This document shows, in pieces, positions 21,694 through 35,953 of a stretch of DNA of 42,038 nt. The stretch is from Octopus bimaculoides (Eukaryota). The stretch lies in contig NC_068982.1 of the NCBI RefSeq assembly GCF_001194135.2, positions 12,310,631 to 12,352,668 of the forward strand, read 5' to 3'. A program made the position numbers and the translations under genes. Each line of letters opens with the position of its first letter. Within the stretch, counting starts at the first letter, position 1. Below the pieces are notes generated by a model, which saw only the letters and a program-made list of their open reading frames with translations, was not told where the DNA came from and searched no databases.

Positions 21694-24063
21694 NNNNNNN
21701 NNNNNNNNNNNNNNNNNNNNNNNNNNNNNNNNNNNNNNNNNNNNNNNNNNNNNNNNNNNNNNNNNNNNNNNNNNNNNNNNNNNNNNNNNNNNNNNNNNNN
21801 NNNNNNNNNNNNNNNNNNNNNNNNNNNNNNNNNNNNNNNNNNNNNNNNNNNNNNNNNNNNNNNNNNNNNNNNNNNNNNNNNNNNNNNNNNNNNNNNNNNN
21901 NNNNNNNNNNNNNNNNNNNNNNNNNNNNNNNNNNNNNNNNNNNNNNNNNNNNNNNNNNNNNNNNNNNNNNNNNNNNNNNNNNNNNNNNNNNNNNNNNNNN
22001 NNNNNNNNNNNNNNNNNNNNNNNNNNNNNNNNNNNNNNNNNNNNNNNNNNNNNNNNNNNNNNNNNNNNNNNNNNNNNNNNNNNNNNNNNNNNNNNNNNNN
22101 NNNNNNNNNNNNNNNNNNNNNNNNNNNNNNNNNNNNNNNNNNNNNNNNNNNNNNNNNNNNNNNNNNNNNNNNNNNNNNNNNNNNNNNNNNNNNNNNNNNN
22201 NNNNNNNNNNNNNNNNNNNNNNNNNNNNNNNNNNNNNNNNNNNNNNNNNNNNNNNNNNNNNNNNNNNNNNNNNNNNNNNNNNNNNNNNNNNNNNNNNNNN
22301 NNNNNNNNNNNNNNNNNNNNNNNNNNNNNNNNNNNNNNNNNNNNNNNNNNNNNNNNNNNNNNNNNNNNNNNNNNNNNNNNNNNNNNNNNNNNNNNNNNNN
22401 NNNNNNNNNNNNNNNNNNNNNNNNNNNNNNNNNNNNNNNNNNNNNNNNNNNNNNNNNNNNNNNNNNNNNNNNNNNNNNNNNNNNNNNNNNNNNNNNNNNN
22501 NNNNNNNNNNNNNNNNNNNNTATATAATGAATGAATTTATATAAACTAAAGTTATTGTTTGAATATCTGAGATGAGGAATTATCAATACTAGTTTGATAC
22601 CTGTCACTTTGCTAATGGTAAGCAATTTAAATAGAAATTGTTTGTTCTGTTAAAATGACACCTTTAATATAAAATATATTCAATTTCAATATAAAGAGTA
22701 TTTGAAAGAAATTAGAAACTTATTAACTTTGCCGCTATTTTCATTTTCAGAAACATAGATGTTATATGTGTAATTTTATTGGGTAAATATTCTATGATGA
22801 TTTTATTTGCAATAATAATGTAACATTTCAGTGAAATATCTTAGCAAGAATTTTCATTATACATAAAATAAGTGGTAAATGATAAGTTTCAATAAGTTAT
22901 TTTCATGACTTTTATTTAAATGACTTTTATTTAAATAAAATTTTCATGACTTTTATTTAAATAAAATTTCACAAATGTTGCATATCAATAAATATGTGAA
23001 ATAGTTCAAACTATAAAAAGAAAATGAATTAAAATAATTACTCTGTTGAGAATTGAACTCTCCATCATATACTACTGGAGTATAGCATTTTCAACCTAGT
23101 TAAAAATTCATCATATTATTTTGTACTGACAGAGTTCATTGATAATTTAATTGATGTTTTAAAACAGAATTCTAGAATTTTAAAATTCTTTATAAATAAT
23201 AAATGCAGTCTTCCTCAAAAATTGGAATTTAAAAATGTCTAACAAATTTTACGTGTACTCTTTTATTATCAACAAAATTAAATCACAAGTTTGGAATATG
23301 GCCATAACTCTTTCGCACATGACTCTTTGAAATAAAAGCTTCTTGGGGGGAAAAAATATGCTCCTAAATTTATTCAACACCAAATTTTTATTTATTTTTT
23401 TTTTGTCTGTTTCATAAAATATTGCTTGACTGTATTCTGAAACAATATTTCCAGAAAATGTAGTGTGAAGTCTGAACAAAATCTCAGTGATCAAAATAAG
23501 ATGAAGAATAAATATAAGTGCTATCAAACCGAAAGGAATTAAAATTATGGTATTTGAAATGAAATATGAGAGTATGGAATGGAAAAATTGGATATAAAAC
23601 ACTTGTACAAAGGAAAACATTTTGAAACGTGAATGGAAATACATGTAAATTGATAAATTAGCTAGTGAAATTCATATGTTGAGAAAGAAAAAAATTAGCA
23701 AAGGCAATAACAAAATAGATATGACTAGAGAAAAAAAGAATATTATTTGGAAATGAAAAGCCAATGTATATCTATAAACAATATCAATATTCTATTTAGA
23801 GATCAAAGAGTTCACTATTTCACTTGGCACCTTTGCATCAGCATATTTATTAGATGATTTCCATTAATGTCTGGAAAATCTAATTCTGAAATAGTTATCA
23901 GAAAATTTATTCAAAACTTTACGCAAGGATTAAAATATATTTATACACACATACTTTTAACTTCCAATCTGGTAACCAGATCAAATTTCTTTCTTGTGCC
24001 ATAAGAGGCAGACACTTTTTAATAATTTCATTTTCAGGTTTTATTCAAATTTTTATCATATCT

Positions 24064-24104
<41 letters not shown>

Positions 24105-24151
24105 CATACATACATATGTAAATATATATATATGTAAAAATATATATATAT

Positions 24152-24190
<39 letters not shown>

Positions 24191-24420
24191 GTTTAACGTC
24201 CGCTTTCCATGCTAGCATGGGTTGGACGATTTGACTGAGGACTGGTGAAACCAGATGGCAACACCAGGCTCCAATCTAATATATATATATATACACACAC
24301 ACACATACACACATACCTCATCATAATTTTTATGTCTACTTTTTTCTACTGGCATGGACGACTTACTCAGGCATTATTCTACAGCTGGATGCCCTTTCTG
24401 CAGCCAACCCTGACTTGTTT
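24152..24420 (-). mobile_element. Family B RTE tail/SINE with an internal microsatellite insertion
   Basis: (CAT)n then CGTTTAACGTCCGCTTTCCATGCTAGCATGGG; resumes at CTACAGCTGGATGCCC. Confidence 0.8.
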
Positions 24421-24787
24421 CTTCAATAAAGCATTTTTTATTCAGACATCAAAACTGATGAATCCATCAGACTTTGGAGCATATTGTTTACGGGTCACAT
24501 TAACAAATGTCCCTGTTGTTCAAGTGGGGTCAATGTGAAGACATGTTGTGGTGTGCTGACTTTGTATTCACTTGGACACCCTAACCCTTATTTCTATGAA
24601 AATTATTTGAATTATGATATAAATTAAAATTATAAACTGCTTCTACAATGAAATACAATATCTTTCGCTTTTGTGATCACTTCTGTGGCAATTTCATTAT
24701 ACCTAGCTTTGAAATATATTGTTTTTCAACACTATATATCTTTAAACGATTTCTCCTGATTAAAAAACTGCAACTCCAGACATTTAA

Positions 24788-25190
24788 CCCTTTAACTTCA
24801 GACATTTAGCCATATAACATTGGAAGCAGAAACAGCTGTTTGATGGGATACAATCTATTTGTATTGAATTAAAAAAATAATAATTGATGTAAGTCAATTG
24901 TTGTTGATTAATACTTCTCCATTTTCTGTTTATTTTAAATTTGATTCCTGATAAACTCGTGTTTATCTTTGTCATTACCTGTAACCTATAAGCATATCTA
25001 ACCTGAATATTCTACCTGCTTTGTGCTCAAGCTGGCCAGATTTGGCCTCTCACACTTACTCAACCATATCATTTTAAAAATAAACATTCAAGTCATTGAA
25101 ATCTCAAAGCTATGATGCATGATTAATTTTTTTAAAAATTTGAATAAACAATCATTATATTTAACAAAGTAACCCAAACGCCAAAAGATA
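24788..25190 (+). mobile_element. Degenerate P2 piggyBac-like MITE with extra internal sequence
   Basis: TTAA|CCCTTTAAC start; GCCAGATTTGGCCTCTCACAC...TCATTGAAATCTCAAAGCT body shared with 4824 and 27735. Confidence 0.55.
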
Positions 25191-25233
25191 AAACAACAGG
25201 CATGTTAAGCATTTTGTTGATACCATATATGTA

Positions 25234-25274
<41 letters not shown>

Positions 25275-25485
25275 ATGCGTGTGTGTGTATTTTCAACCAT
25301 TACAGAAAAGCTTCATTCAAATAAAATGCTAATCATAGTATAAAAAAAAATTTAATGATTCTAAATTGAAGATGTATTGAAGATATATTGAATTTCTGGT
25401 AATTTCTACCAATTTCAGAATTTGTTGAATATACTAGAATAGTTTCTTCAGCACTTACTCTTAGCACACAGAACGTTTTGTGTGT

Positions 25486-25665
<180 letters not shown>

Positions 25666-25938
25666 GTACACTACTTATTATTCATAATTTCTCTATTGAT
25701 ATCCAATATCCATTTGTGTTAATCTCTTTACTCCCCTTTCCCCTCTTTTCTTTCCAAATACAAGCATTGTTTTATAAGCAGCCAGGCCAGGTCATTCATT
25801 TGCCAACGATAGAATTGGTAGTTAGAAGTGTTTTTTTGTTCTTTATTACACTAGATGCCCCTGACTTTCTAGATTGTATTCTTCTGCCAAATTTACATCT
25901 AGCTTTACATGTCTTCTGTGTCAGTATATTGACGGCTG

Positions 25939-25974
<36 letters not shown>

Positions 25975-26210
25975 TTATACTTTTTTGTTGTTCATTTCTC
26001 ACATTTTTTTTAAATATCTATTTTTATTTTGCTTAGTGTTTTTGCTGATCTTTCTGGTAACTCTAAACTTGTAATTTACTCTTACACTGAGAACCACTTC
26101 AGGGAAGATGTATCTGTTCTGGAGTCACAGTTAAGTACTCTGAACTGCAAAATATGCAGGAGGGAACAATGCTTTCAATATTTTTCCATACAATGTAAGA
26201 AAGACTACAT

Positions 26211-26578
26211 TATGAGGAGGTGTTGAAAAGTTTGGGTAAAAGAAAATACAAGATCAGTTAATTATGATTTTATTTAACATATTCCCAGTGGCGGACTGGG
26301 TCTAAAAATAATGATTACCAGGAGACCTGTCTCGTAGGAACTTCCAGTTATCCTCTATATTCCAAGTATGTTACTCCTCCTCCTACTCAAACAAAAAAAT
26401 GATTCTGTTAAGAAGTCCCTAAACCTCTGACTATTCAAAAGGATCCTTAAATTTCCAAATCTTTCTTTTCCAAATCGGTTTGCTTTTTGCAACCCTTATT
26501 ACCTGCAGTCTGAAATCACTAACGAGTAAACTATGCTGAGGTGTGCATTCTTCACCGAGGAAGGACTTTGCATTTATG

Positions 26579-26617
<39 letters not shown>

Positions 26618-27097
26618 TTAAGGAAGTCATATCCTTATTAGGGATTATATAATCCATGTATTCCACTGGTGCCTTATTTTATTTTAATTTATGTTTTGAG
26701 CTTTCAACTTGTAATCTAATATACAATGCTATCATTTATTATTATTTTTTTTTGTTAAAAGTATTCTTTTCAACTGTCTACAAACACAGCCAGGCTGAAA
26801 TAATTAATGCATTCTTCCAGGAGTGAATAAAAAATTATCAAACTTGAGGGGATGTGCCCCTTAGATACTAACCTGGGCCCCCATATATGGAGTCTAATGG
26901 TGCAGGGGCTCACTTGCCATCGGGCAAACTGGCAACCTGGCCAGTCCACCACTGCATATTCCCCTCTCAGATTCACACATTTATTGCAGTAGTTCTTCAG
27001 TTTTTCTAAGCCCTGTAAAAAAACTCAGAATGTTGGGCCTCCAACCAGGCCTTTTGCGATACCCTTAAAACCAGGAAGTTTTCAGCATCCCCTCATA
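26211..27097 (-). mobile_element. Mariner-derived MITE (about 210 bp) interrupted by a hAT element
   Basis: Imperfect TIRs TATGAGGAGGTGTTGAAAAG / TTTTCAGCATCCCCTCATA with TA ends; interior is the reverse complement of 13700-13886. Confidence 0.85.
26286..26954. mobile_element. Non-autonomous hAT element, 669 bp
   Basis: TIR CAGTGGCGGACTGG / CCAGTCCACCACTG (13 of 14); perfect 8-bp TSD CATATTCC (26278-26285, 26955-26962). Confidence 0.9.
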
Positions 27098-27734
27098 CTT
27101 GATATGTTCTTCATTTTTTTGAAGATGATATGGCATGATCTGACTGAGGTTTGATTGCTTTTTCTAGCAGCTCAAGCTACTATGTATAGGGTCCTCTTGT
27201 AATTCCTATATGTATCTTAATCAAAAGTCACTTTGATAAATCTTTTCATCACAGTGCTGCCACCCTCTTGGACTGTTTCTCCTGTCCAAAGTGTCATCTA
27301 TTTATTTATTTATGTTTTGGCAGATTATCCCCGATGAGGGGGTAAGTAACCGGTAGCAATAAAAGCAGATCTAAACCTTATGAGAATTTCTCAAGAAGCA
27401 GCCTCAAAATCATAAAACCATCAACATAAGAATTAAAAGAATTAAGATTATATCTATTTGGGAAACATGGAGGAAGAGAGTTCCATAAGGCAGATGCCCA
27501 AGGAAAGAAAGTGCTGGAATAGAAAGTCTTCTTATAAGAGGAGAGAAAACAACTTGTTTATTTCAGGGGTGGGTGTGAAAGGATTGGGCATTAACAGAAA
27601 AACAAATCATCTGTTTAGTAACCTTAAGAAGAGGATCAAGAGACAAATGTTTCATAAAATAAAAACCATGAAAGTATTTGTAAAACAGAGACAAGGAAGC
27701 TATGGTCTAGTGACAGGACAGGGTTGAAGTTTGA

Positions 27735-27955
27735 CCCTTTAGCGTTTAAACCAGCCGTGTCCAGCCCAAATATTCTCTTTGTTTTATTGTTGAACAAGCC
27801 AGATCTGGCTTCTCACACCTATCCTACAATATCATTCAAGAAATAAGTGATTACATCATCAAAATCTCGAAGCTACAAGACAATTCATGATTAATTTAAA
27901 AACAATGTGAATGAATAATTCAAACATCAGGCAGGAAAATCTGAATACTAAGGGG
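27735..27955 (+). mobile_element. piggyBac-like MITE (family P2), 221 bp
   Basis: TTGA|CCCTTTAGCG ... CTAAGGGG|TTAA. Confidence 0.8.
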
Positions 27956-28204
27956 TTAATTTTCAAAGCAAGTCTAACATGGTTAAAAATAATTTTTTTA
28001 ACACAACCAAAGAGAGGAAGCAACAGAGGTTCAAGCCCACGTGTAATAACAGAATTCATTATGGACTTCAACCTAAAGCCAATGTTCATGCTAAAAATTG
28101 ACTACTTCACTATTTTCAGTCTGGAAATGGTTGTGATGATCATGGCCACTTCCCTCCAACTGTGATTAAACAACAAAAAATAAATAAAGAAAAATATTTT
28201 AAAA

Positions 28205-28845
28205 AGGCATGGCTGTGTGGTAAGAAGCTTGCTGCCCAATCACATGGTCACAGGTTCAGTCCCACTGAATGGCACCTTGGACAAATGTCTTCTACTATGG
28301 CCTTGGGCTGACTAAAGCCTTGAGTGGGTTTGGTAGACAGAATGTGAAAGAAACCCCGTAACTATGTGTGGATCGTTGGTGATTTTTTTCCTCCGTCTTC
28401 CTTTTGTTTTGGACTTTCCTCTGTCTCCTGTTTCTGAAGGAGATTTTGCTTGAAATATAAAACACCCTTTCTTTCCTTCCCTGAGCATCTTGTTAATATT
28501 TTGCGTGTGCCACATTCTTGCGTTGTTGTTTTTTCTTGTCTTTTTCTCCAGTTTTTTCATTAATTATATATATTTATATATATGTATACACGCACACACA
28601 TGTATATATGTGTGTGTGCATGTGTGTATATGAGTGTGTGTCATTGTCCCTCACTACCTCTTGACAACCAATATCAGTGAGTTTATGTCCCCCATTACTT
28701 AGCAGTCGGACAAAAGTGACCGACAGAATATATACCAGGCTTAAAAGAAATGAAGTACAAAAATCGATTCATTCGACTAAGAATTATTCAAGGCAGTGCT
28801 CCAGCATGACCACAGTCTAATAACTGAAACAAGTAAAAGAATAAA
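28205..28845 (+). mobile_element. Family A SINE with an insertion of about 190 bp in the central tract
   Basis: Head at 28205, pyrimidine-rich insert at about 28375-28560, tail CAAGTAAAAGAA. Confidence 0.85.
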
Positions 28846-29344
28846 AAGGCTATAGTATCTAATTTCCTTGTATTGGGTTGTCCTTCATGCCAGCCATATC
28901 TATTGATGCTTTCTGTAGACACATATAGACATGTGAAGACATTATTTATGAATTTCCAATAGACAACTCACAGAAACTTGGCTTCAGACTTCATCTAGCT
29001 ATTGTTTGCTAAATGGCATTAATAAAAATAGTAATGTATATTGTTAATGAATATTTAGATTTTCATTTTTTCATTCACATTTGATTAAAAAAAAAAAAGA
29101 AAATTCAAAATATATAGTGGCTGCCTAATGATAGATGTTTTAAGTGGTAATTCATAATTGTTGTTAGTCTATTGTATGATGATTGTTAATGGTTCATATT
29201 GTGAATATATTTTTATCTTGTAGGAAGCCAGACTTCTCACACTCACATGAAACAAACAGACATAAAGAGATAGATTTTACTGGTTTCAGTCATTAGACTG
29301 CAGTTATGTTGACTTCCAGGGTTTAGCTGATAATATTGATTTCA

Positions 29345-29530
29345 GATTTTGGCACAAGGTCAGTTAGTTTGGAGTAGGGTGGGTAGCTACTCACTTATAT
29401 TGACCCCAGTACACAACTGGTACTTATTCTATTGACCCTGGTGGAATTTGAACTCAGAACATAAAGACGGACAAAATGCTGCTAAGGATTTTGCTCAGTA
29501 TGCAAAAATTCTGCCAGCTCGCCACCTTAA
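29345..29530 (-). mobile_element. Family C SINE
   Basis: Reverse of the core, with an internal deletion. Confidence 0.8.
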
Positions 29531-29719
29531 GGTTTAGCTAGTAATATTGATACAAATACTCATTTCTAAGCTTGATTCTAATGTTTTTGTCTCTATTTGT
29601 TGAACCACTAAGTTTTGGCTCATTAGTTGTAGAATGGTGTAAACATAAATGCAGTTCCATGTATACACATACACACAAATACACATGCATACAGATGTGC
29701 ACCTAATTTTACTCATAGA

Positions 29720-29848
29720 TCATCTGTCAAAGACTGCAGTAGGGGATGCATGACCAAATTGCCATGCAAGGGGTATCTGAAATTGAACCTGAAACCACAT
29801 TTGTTAAGTAAACATCTTAACCGCTCAATCAATCATGCTTGCACCTAT
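29720..29848 (-). mobile_element. Diverged tRNA-like SINE head
   Basis: Reverse reads ATAGGTGCAAGCATG...GCGGTTAAG...GGTTCAATTTC, like an old family A relative. Confidence 0.5.
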
Positions 29849-29983
29849 TATAAATTGAAAAATAGAGAAGCTGACAGACAGACGCACATAAACACACATA
29901 CGCACACACACACATATGCATATATATGTGCATATATATATATATATGTGCATATATATATATATATATATATAGATATATAT

Positions 29984-30015
<32 letters not shown>

Positions 30016-30208
30016 NNNNNNNNNNNNNNNNNNNNNNNNNNNNNNNNNNNNNNNNNNNNNNNNNNNNNNNNNNNNNNNNNNNNNNNNNNNNNNNNNNNNN
30101 NNNNNNNNNNNNNNNNNNNNNNNNNNNNNATATATATTTATATACATGCATATATATACATATAAATACATACATACATACATATATATATACATATATT
30201 ACATATGT

Positions 30209-30323
<115 letters not shown>

Positions 30324-30331
30324 TTTTTCTT

Positions 30332-30538
30332 CTCTAGGCACAAGGCTGGAAATTGTGGGAGAGGGGGACCAATCAATTAGATTGACCCCAGTATGCAACT
30401 GGTACTTAATTTATCAACACTGGAAGGATGAAAGGCAAAGTTGACCTTGGCAGTATTTGAACTCAGAACATAAAGACAGATAAAATACCACTAAGATTTT
30501 GCCTGGGATGCTAATGTTTCGGCCAGCTTGCTGCCTTA
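30332..30538 (-). mobile_element. Family C SINE
   Basis: Complete reverse copy. Confidence 0.9.
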
Positions 30539-30599
30539 GATAAACAGATAGATAGGTAGGTTGGTAGATAGATAAATAGATAGATAGTAGGTAGGTTGG

Positions 30600-30635
<36 letters not shown>

Positions 30636-30749
30636 CTGTTAGGCAGACAGATAGATAGATGAATAAATAGATCGATAGATAGATAGATAAATTTGTAGTA
30701 TTGGATGAGAAAGGGACATGTTAAATTAAATGCATTACAATGTTTAGTT

Positions 30750-30940
30750 TTGTTCACCAAGGTTCTGAATTCAAATCCTGCCTGGTTAAACTTTGTCTTT
30801 CATCTCTCCAGGTTCGATAAAGTAAGCATAAACATCAGCAATACATTAGAGTTGATTCCAGTCAATAGTCTTCTCTCTTCCCCCTTTACCCACTCTCCCT
30901 TTCTCTCTTTCACAAAAATTGGCCTCCTGCCTGAATAAGA
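30750..30940 (+). mobile_element. Diverged family C SINE
   Basis: GTTCTGAATTCAAATCCTG...TTTGTCTTTCATC..GGTTCGATAAA. Confidence 0.7.
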
Positions 30941-31334
30941 AATCAATATTATATTACAGAGAGAAATATATAGAATATAATTAGATTGCTCGTCTTAGTA
31001 TTTTAACGGAGATTCATAGTTACTTATATAGGCTGTACAAATGGAAAACTAATCTTATACTGCTCATTCTTAGGTACAGGCTGATTATGAATATTTCTAT
31101 ATCCATACACACCCAGCATAAATTTCTTGCTTTTTTTTTTTTTTTAATTACTATTGTATATAATGTTAACTAAATATACATATAGAAATGTATAAAATCA
31201 AAGGCTTTTTGGTTTAGATGTGGATAAGATAAATTTTTATTAATAATATTGCTGAGACCTGAGTGTAAAATAGAATGCGAATGAAAGAAGAATATAAAAA
31301 TGACTCATGTGACATTTGTTAGCATGAAAATAAT

Positions 31335-31356
31335 AATAACAACAATAATAATAACG

Positions 31357-31402
<46 letters not shown>

Positions 31403-31704
31403 TGATGATGATGATGATGTTGATTATGATGATCTAAAGAACAATGCTGACATCAACAAATAAGATGGTGATGGTGATGAATATGATGATGATGATGATT
31501 GTGACGATGATGATGACTGCGGTGGTGATGGTGGTGATGATGATGGGGATAGAGATTGTTGATAGTAATTGCAGCAATAAATACAAAAGGAATGTTTAGG
31601 AAGAGGAAACGTATAAGGAGAAGAAAGACATTCACTGATGCTTAATCATAGCCAATGTTAGTCTAGTCCAATAATACTTATTCTCTATTTTTGTTGTTAT
31701 GGTC

Positions 31705-31774
<70 letters not shown>

Positions 31775-32041
31775 CATTGTTGTTTTGTTTTTGTCTTTTG
31801 ATTTTTGTTTTATTTATCTATTTATTTATTTATTTATCTATTTATTTATTTATTTATTTATTTATATATTTATTTTGCAAATATTTTCTCAGAATCTTAG
31901 TTACTAGGTGTATATCATGAAATAACTTTCATTTGTATTTGAGGTTTATTGTGATAGGAACTAGAGGTAGGCAGGCAGGCAGGCATCTTTCATCTCCATT
32001 CTTACACATATACATACATATACACACACACATACATACAT

Positions 32042-32092
<51 letters not shown>

Positions 32093-32265
32093 CACACACA
32101 CACACATACATTATACATATATGTATATTTATATATGCATACATATATATGTATATTTATATATACATATGTATGCATATTTTATATGCATATATATTAT
32201 ATATCATATATATACACACACACGCGCACACACATATATATATCATGTATATACATATGTGTACA

Positions 32266-32308
<43 letters not shown>

Positions 32309-32380
32309 CACACTACACATATATATTTTACATGCATATATATATACATATATATATACACCCCCACACACATATATATA

Positions 32381-32420
<40 letters not shown>
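31335..32420. repeat. Microsatellite-dense block: (AAT), (GAT), (ATT), (TTTA), (CA)/(TA)
   Basis: Visible. Confidence 0.9.
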
Positions 32421-32424
<4 letters not shown>

Positions 32425-32439
32425 TGTTAACAAGGAAGT

Positions 32440-32715
32440 TTTTATATAGTTGATTAAAATCTGCTAGAAATAGCAGCCTATTTGTCAGCAAATCACACTT
32501 TACCTACTTAAAAATAAATAAATGAATGAATAAATAAAACAGGGGAAGGGAGAAAGCGACATTGAGTAATATAGTTTTAGATACACTATGCTTAACAAAA
32601 AAAAAAAAAATTGTGAGGAAAGTCAAGGCTGGAATGCTTTTGATCATGCAGTTACTGGTCTGCTGGACCAAGCCTGACTTGGGGCTAAATAATAACAGCA
32701 ACAACATCAACAACT
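32440..32715 (+). mobile_element. Family E repeat ending in (AAC)n
   Basis: CTGCTAGAAATAGCAGCC...AAATCACAC; 3' CAAGGCTGGAATGCTTTTGATCAT...GGGGCTAAA. Confidence 0.6.
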
Positions 32716-33781
32716 AGATGTCAATGTGTATAGCAGTAACACATGTCTCTTCAGACTATTACTATACTGCTTATTTCCTTCCTATATGCCCCACTTCACA
32801 GTACAATGTATCATTCTCAGTGTGTTGCATAAAGCAATTGCTGCCATTTAAATGGAGATGAGCAGATAAATAAACATTTGAACAACTATTATATAGCAGA
32901 ACGTGTTTTCATAAATATGTTCTATTTACTGATTGCTTAAATATGTTAAACACACTAGCTTCTTTTTGATTTGTTTATCAAAGAACATTTTATGTAGTAT
33001 CACATCATATTTAATATCAAATTACAAGGCGTTATAAATTTCTATATTAAAATAGTTTATAAATAAATAACTAGATTTTTATTTCTTCTCTCAATTCAAG
33101 AAAACTTCAGCATAGTTCAATAGAAATTATTTAGATATACATGCAACATCTCCGATTATTTCGAATTTTTCTTCCATTTAATTATTTTCTCATATTATTT
33201 CTAAACAAATTTTCTAATCCACAAAAATTTCATATTCAATAATGCATAATTCTTGACGTTTTTCCAACACTAATTAGATTTTTCTCTTTATAGACGTACA
33301 TGTTATATAATTTGATTGTAAACATAAAAGTCCATGTAATCTCTAATTTTTGAAAACATTCATTATTTCCAAATGCTTTATTTTTTAGAAAATAATTTTA
33401 AATAGGCATATATGTTGATAATTATAATATGGTTGTCATGGAATTTTTAATTTCATTTTAAAATCAATAAACAGTATATTATTTAGTGAGAACCTAATCC
33501 GATCAAAGCTTTATTTTCTTGAAGATTAAATTTCTAATATATTTGTGATTATTTATTTAATAAGTTGATGCAAATTGTTAATTGCATTATACTGCTGCAG
33601 ATAGATAGATAAATGCAACAATAACATGTGTACAGTCTTATTTATTTGATTCAGTATGTGATTTACTTCAAATTGAGGCTCTTTATTATATGTAGCATTA
33701 TATGTTAGTGCACGCACACACATAGCCACACAGTTATGGTACATAATGTGAACATTTCATATTGTATACACATATTTTATT

Positions 33782-33840
<59 letters not shown>

Positions 33841-34884
33841 NNNNNNNNNNNNNNNNNNNNNNNNNNNNNNNNNNNNNNNNNNNNNNNNNNNNNNNNNNNN
33901 NNNNNNNNNNNNNNNNNNNNNNNNNNNNNNNNNNNNNNNNNNNNNNNNNNNNNNNNNNNNNNNNNNNNNNNNNNNNNNNNNNNNNNNNNNNNNNNNNNNN
34001 NNNNNNNNNNNNNNNNNNNNNNNNNNNNNNNNNNNNNNNNNNNNNNNNNNNNNNNNNNNNNNNNNNNNNNNNNNNNNNNNNNNNNNNNNNNNNNNNNNNN
34101 NNNNNNNNNNNNNNNNNNNNNNNNNNNNNNNNNNNNNNNNNNNNNNNNNNNNNNNNNNNNNNNNNNNNNNNNNNNNNNNNNNNNNNNNNNNNNNNNNNNN
34201 NNNNNNNNNNNNNNNNNNNNNNNNNNNNNNNNNNNNNNNNNNNNTATATATATATATATATCTGATAGCTTGATACAAGTTTTGAGCTGCTAGTGAAATC
34301 TTAGAATACAAAATTTAGCTGATCTCAATAGACTAATGCTTTATTTAATAAAAGCTTGGAAAAAGTATAAAGAATTAACAATGAACAGCAGTGAGGGACA
34401 GGAAGGGGTTAGGTAGTAAGCAACATGTCAAGAAATGGTAAGCAGATGGTAAGGGGCTCATTATGTTCTGACATAATGCATTTAAAAGAAAAATAAGGTA
34501 TCCTAGAAAATTCAATTTCAAAACACAATATTCTAAGCTAAACAATGGAATTGATAAAGGTCAAACATACAAGATTTTATTTCTCATTATTGTAGTTACA
34601 TCATGTTAAGGAATGAAGTATTGAGTCAGAAATTCTTAGACCAGACAGTAAAACTTGAAGTGAATTCAAATTGAAGATAGTCAAACATGGTAGATTATAT
34701 TTCTTGCGTTGTTTTTACCGTACAGTGATTGAGTTATGACAAATGACCAGAGCAGTAATTTTCATCTTTTCTTCAGATCCATGTGATTCTTAGCGACGTG
34801 ATCTGTTTGTAATAGATCCTGTTCAAATATTGATCTCAGTTTTCATTTTCTTTGTATGTGTGTGCATGTGTTTTTTTTTGTTTT

Positions 34885-35950
34885 TTTTTTACCAAGCGTG
34901 TTCACTACCACTGGCACAATTTCAACTCTTTGATGCTCCACACACTTTTCAACTTCTCGTTTCACATCAAGGTATTTCTCAATCACTCCCTGCTCCCTCT
35001 CACACTTTCTCTTGTTACCCAGGGATGCTGTATCAGTTATTGTACAGTGTGGTTTCTATTTTCTTGACGATTATTGTTGGTGTTGTTGTTCTTGTTCTTG
35101 TTACATGTTCTTGTTACATGTAGCATCTACACTGTACATAAGAGAAGGAACAAAGAATAAAAGTGATCATTTGTAATGGAAAAAAGTTATTATCATTATT
35201 ATTATTTACTTCTACTTGTATACACAGCGTAGGTGTTGACTATTGGAAAATGAAAATAATATCTCTTCTAATCAGATCTTCCAGATACAAAAATACAGTT
35301 GTAAGCAATGAAGATGCGTGGTGTTGATATTTGTTTAGTTGTTTGCTGTAAAATGGAAGCATGTTGAGAATGGAACCAAGTGCTGCAACTATTATTGATA
35401 TCACACTTGTCTTCCTTCTCCACATTCTCAAGAGCTTATAATCATAGTTCAGAATACTTAGCTATTTTCTCAAATACATTTTAGGCAATATATTTGTCGT
35501 TGGTATTTAGTCTCCAGATTTAGCAATATCAATTTTTTTTTTGTTTTTTTCATTTACAACTACAATACAAATTTTTCTGGCTGTGGCTCAGTCTATTTGG
35601 ATGTTAAACAACCATGTAATTCTTTATTTTCCAGTCCCATTTGAATCATGTGCTGATATCACTTTTTACAGATACACGAAATCCATATTTTCAGCACTGA
35701 TTCCAATAGAGATAGGAACACATTTTTGTCATAGTGGCAATTTTCATCCTTTCCAGGCTGGCATTTTGCAGTCACTAACCAAATGGCTTATATTTTCTCC
35801 ATTTCTTTGCCTTCTTAGAGTTTCCTAAATGGTAGATGTTTGTTTGTAATGAATGCTTGGTATTGAACAACCACCGGAAGGATTTCTTTGTTCCCTTTCA
35901 AATCACCTTTGCTTGACCATTTCCAGTCTTTGGCTCATTTGTGTGCATCA
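34885..35950 (-). pseudogene. Old R4/Dong-clade element (zinc-finger to RLE region), with an insert of about 490 bp at 35060-35550
   Basis: WKWSSKGDLKG..VQYQAFITN (W.WL.KGDLK..AQEQAL.TN-like) and CTITDTASLG..EKYLDVKREVEK..VEIVPVVVNTLG. Confidence 0.65.
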
Positions 35951-35953
35951 TAA

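Noticed and set aside
22905-22970. Short local tandem repeats (ATGACTTTTATTTAA x3; also ATATGGCCCATTC at about 36956-36990 and TTTCTGATAA at about 20600-20670)
   Set aside because: Ordinary slippage duplications with no further structure.
23249-23644. 131-aa hydrophobic ORF on the minus strand
   Set aside because: F/I/L/K bias reflects AT-rich DNA; no recognisable motif or splice support.
27458-27727. 89-aa ORF
   Set aside because: Faint resemblance to a decayed RTE endonuclease region; too weak to call either a gene or a TE.
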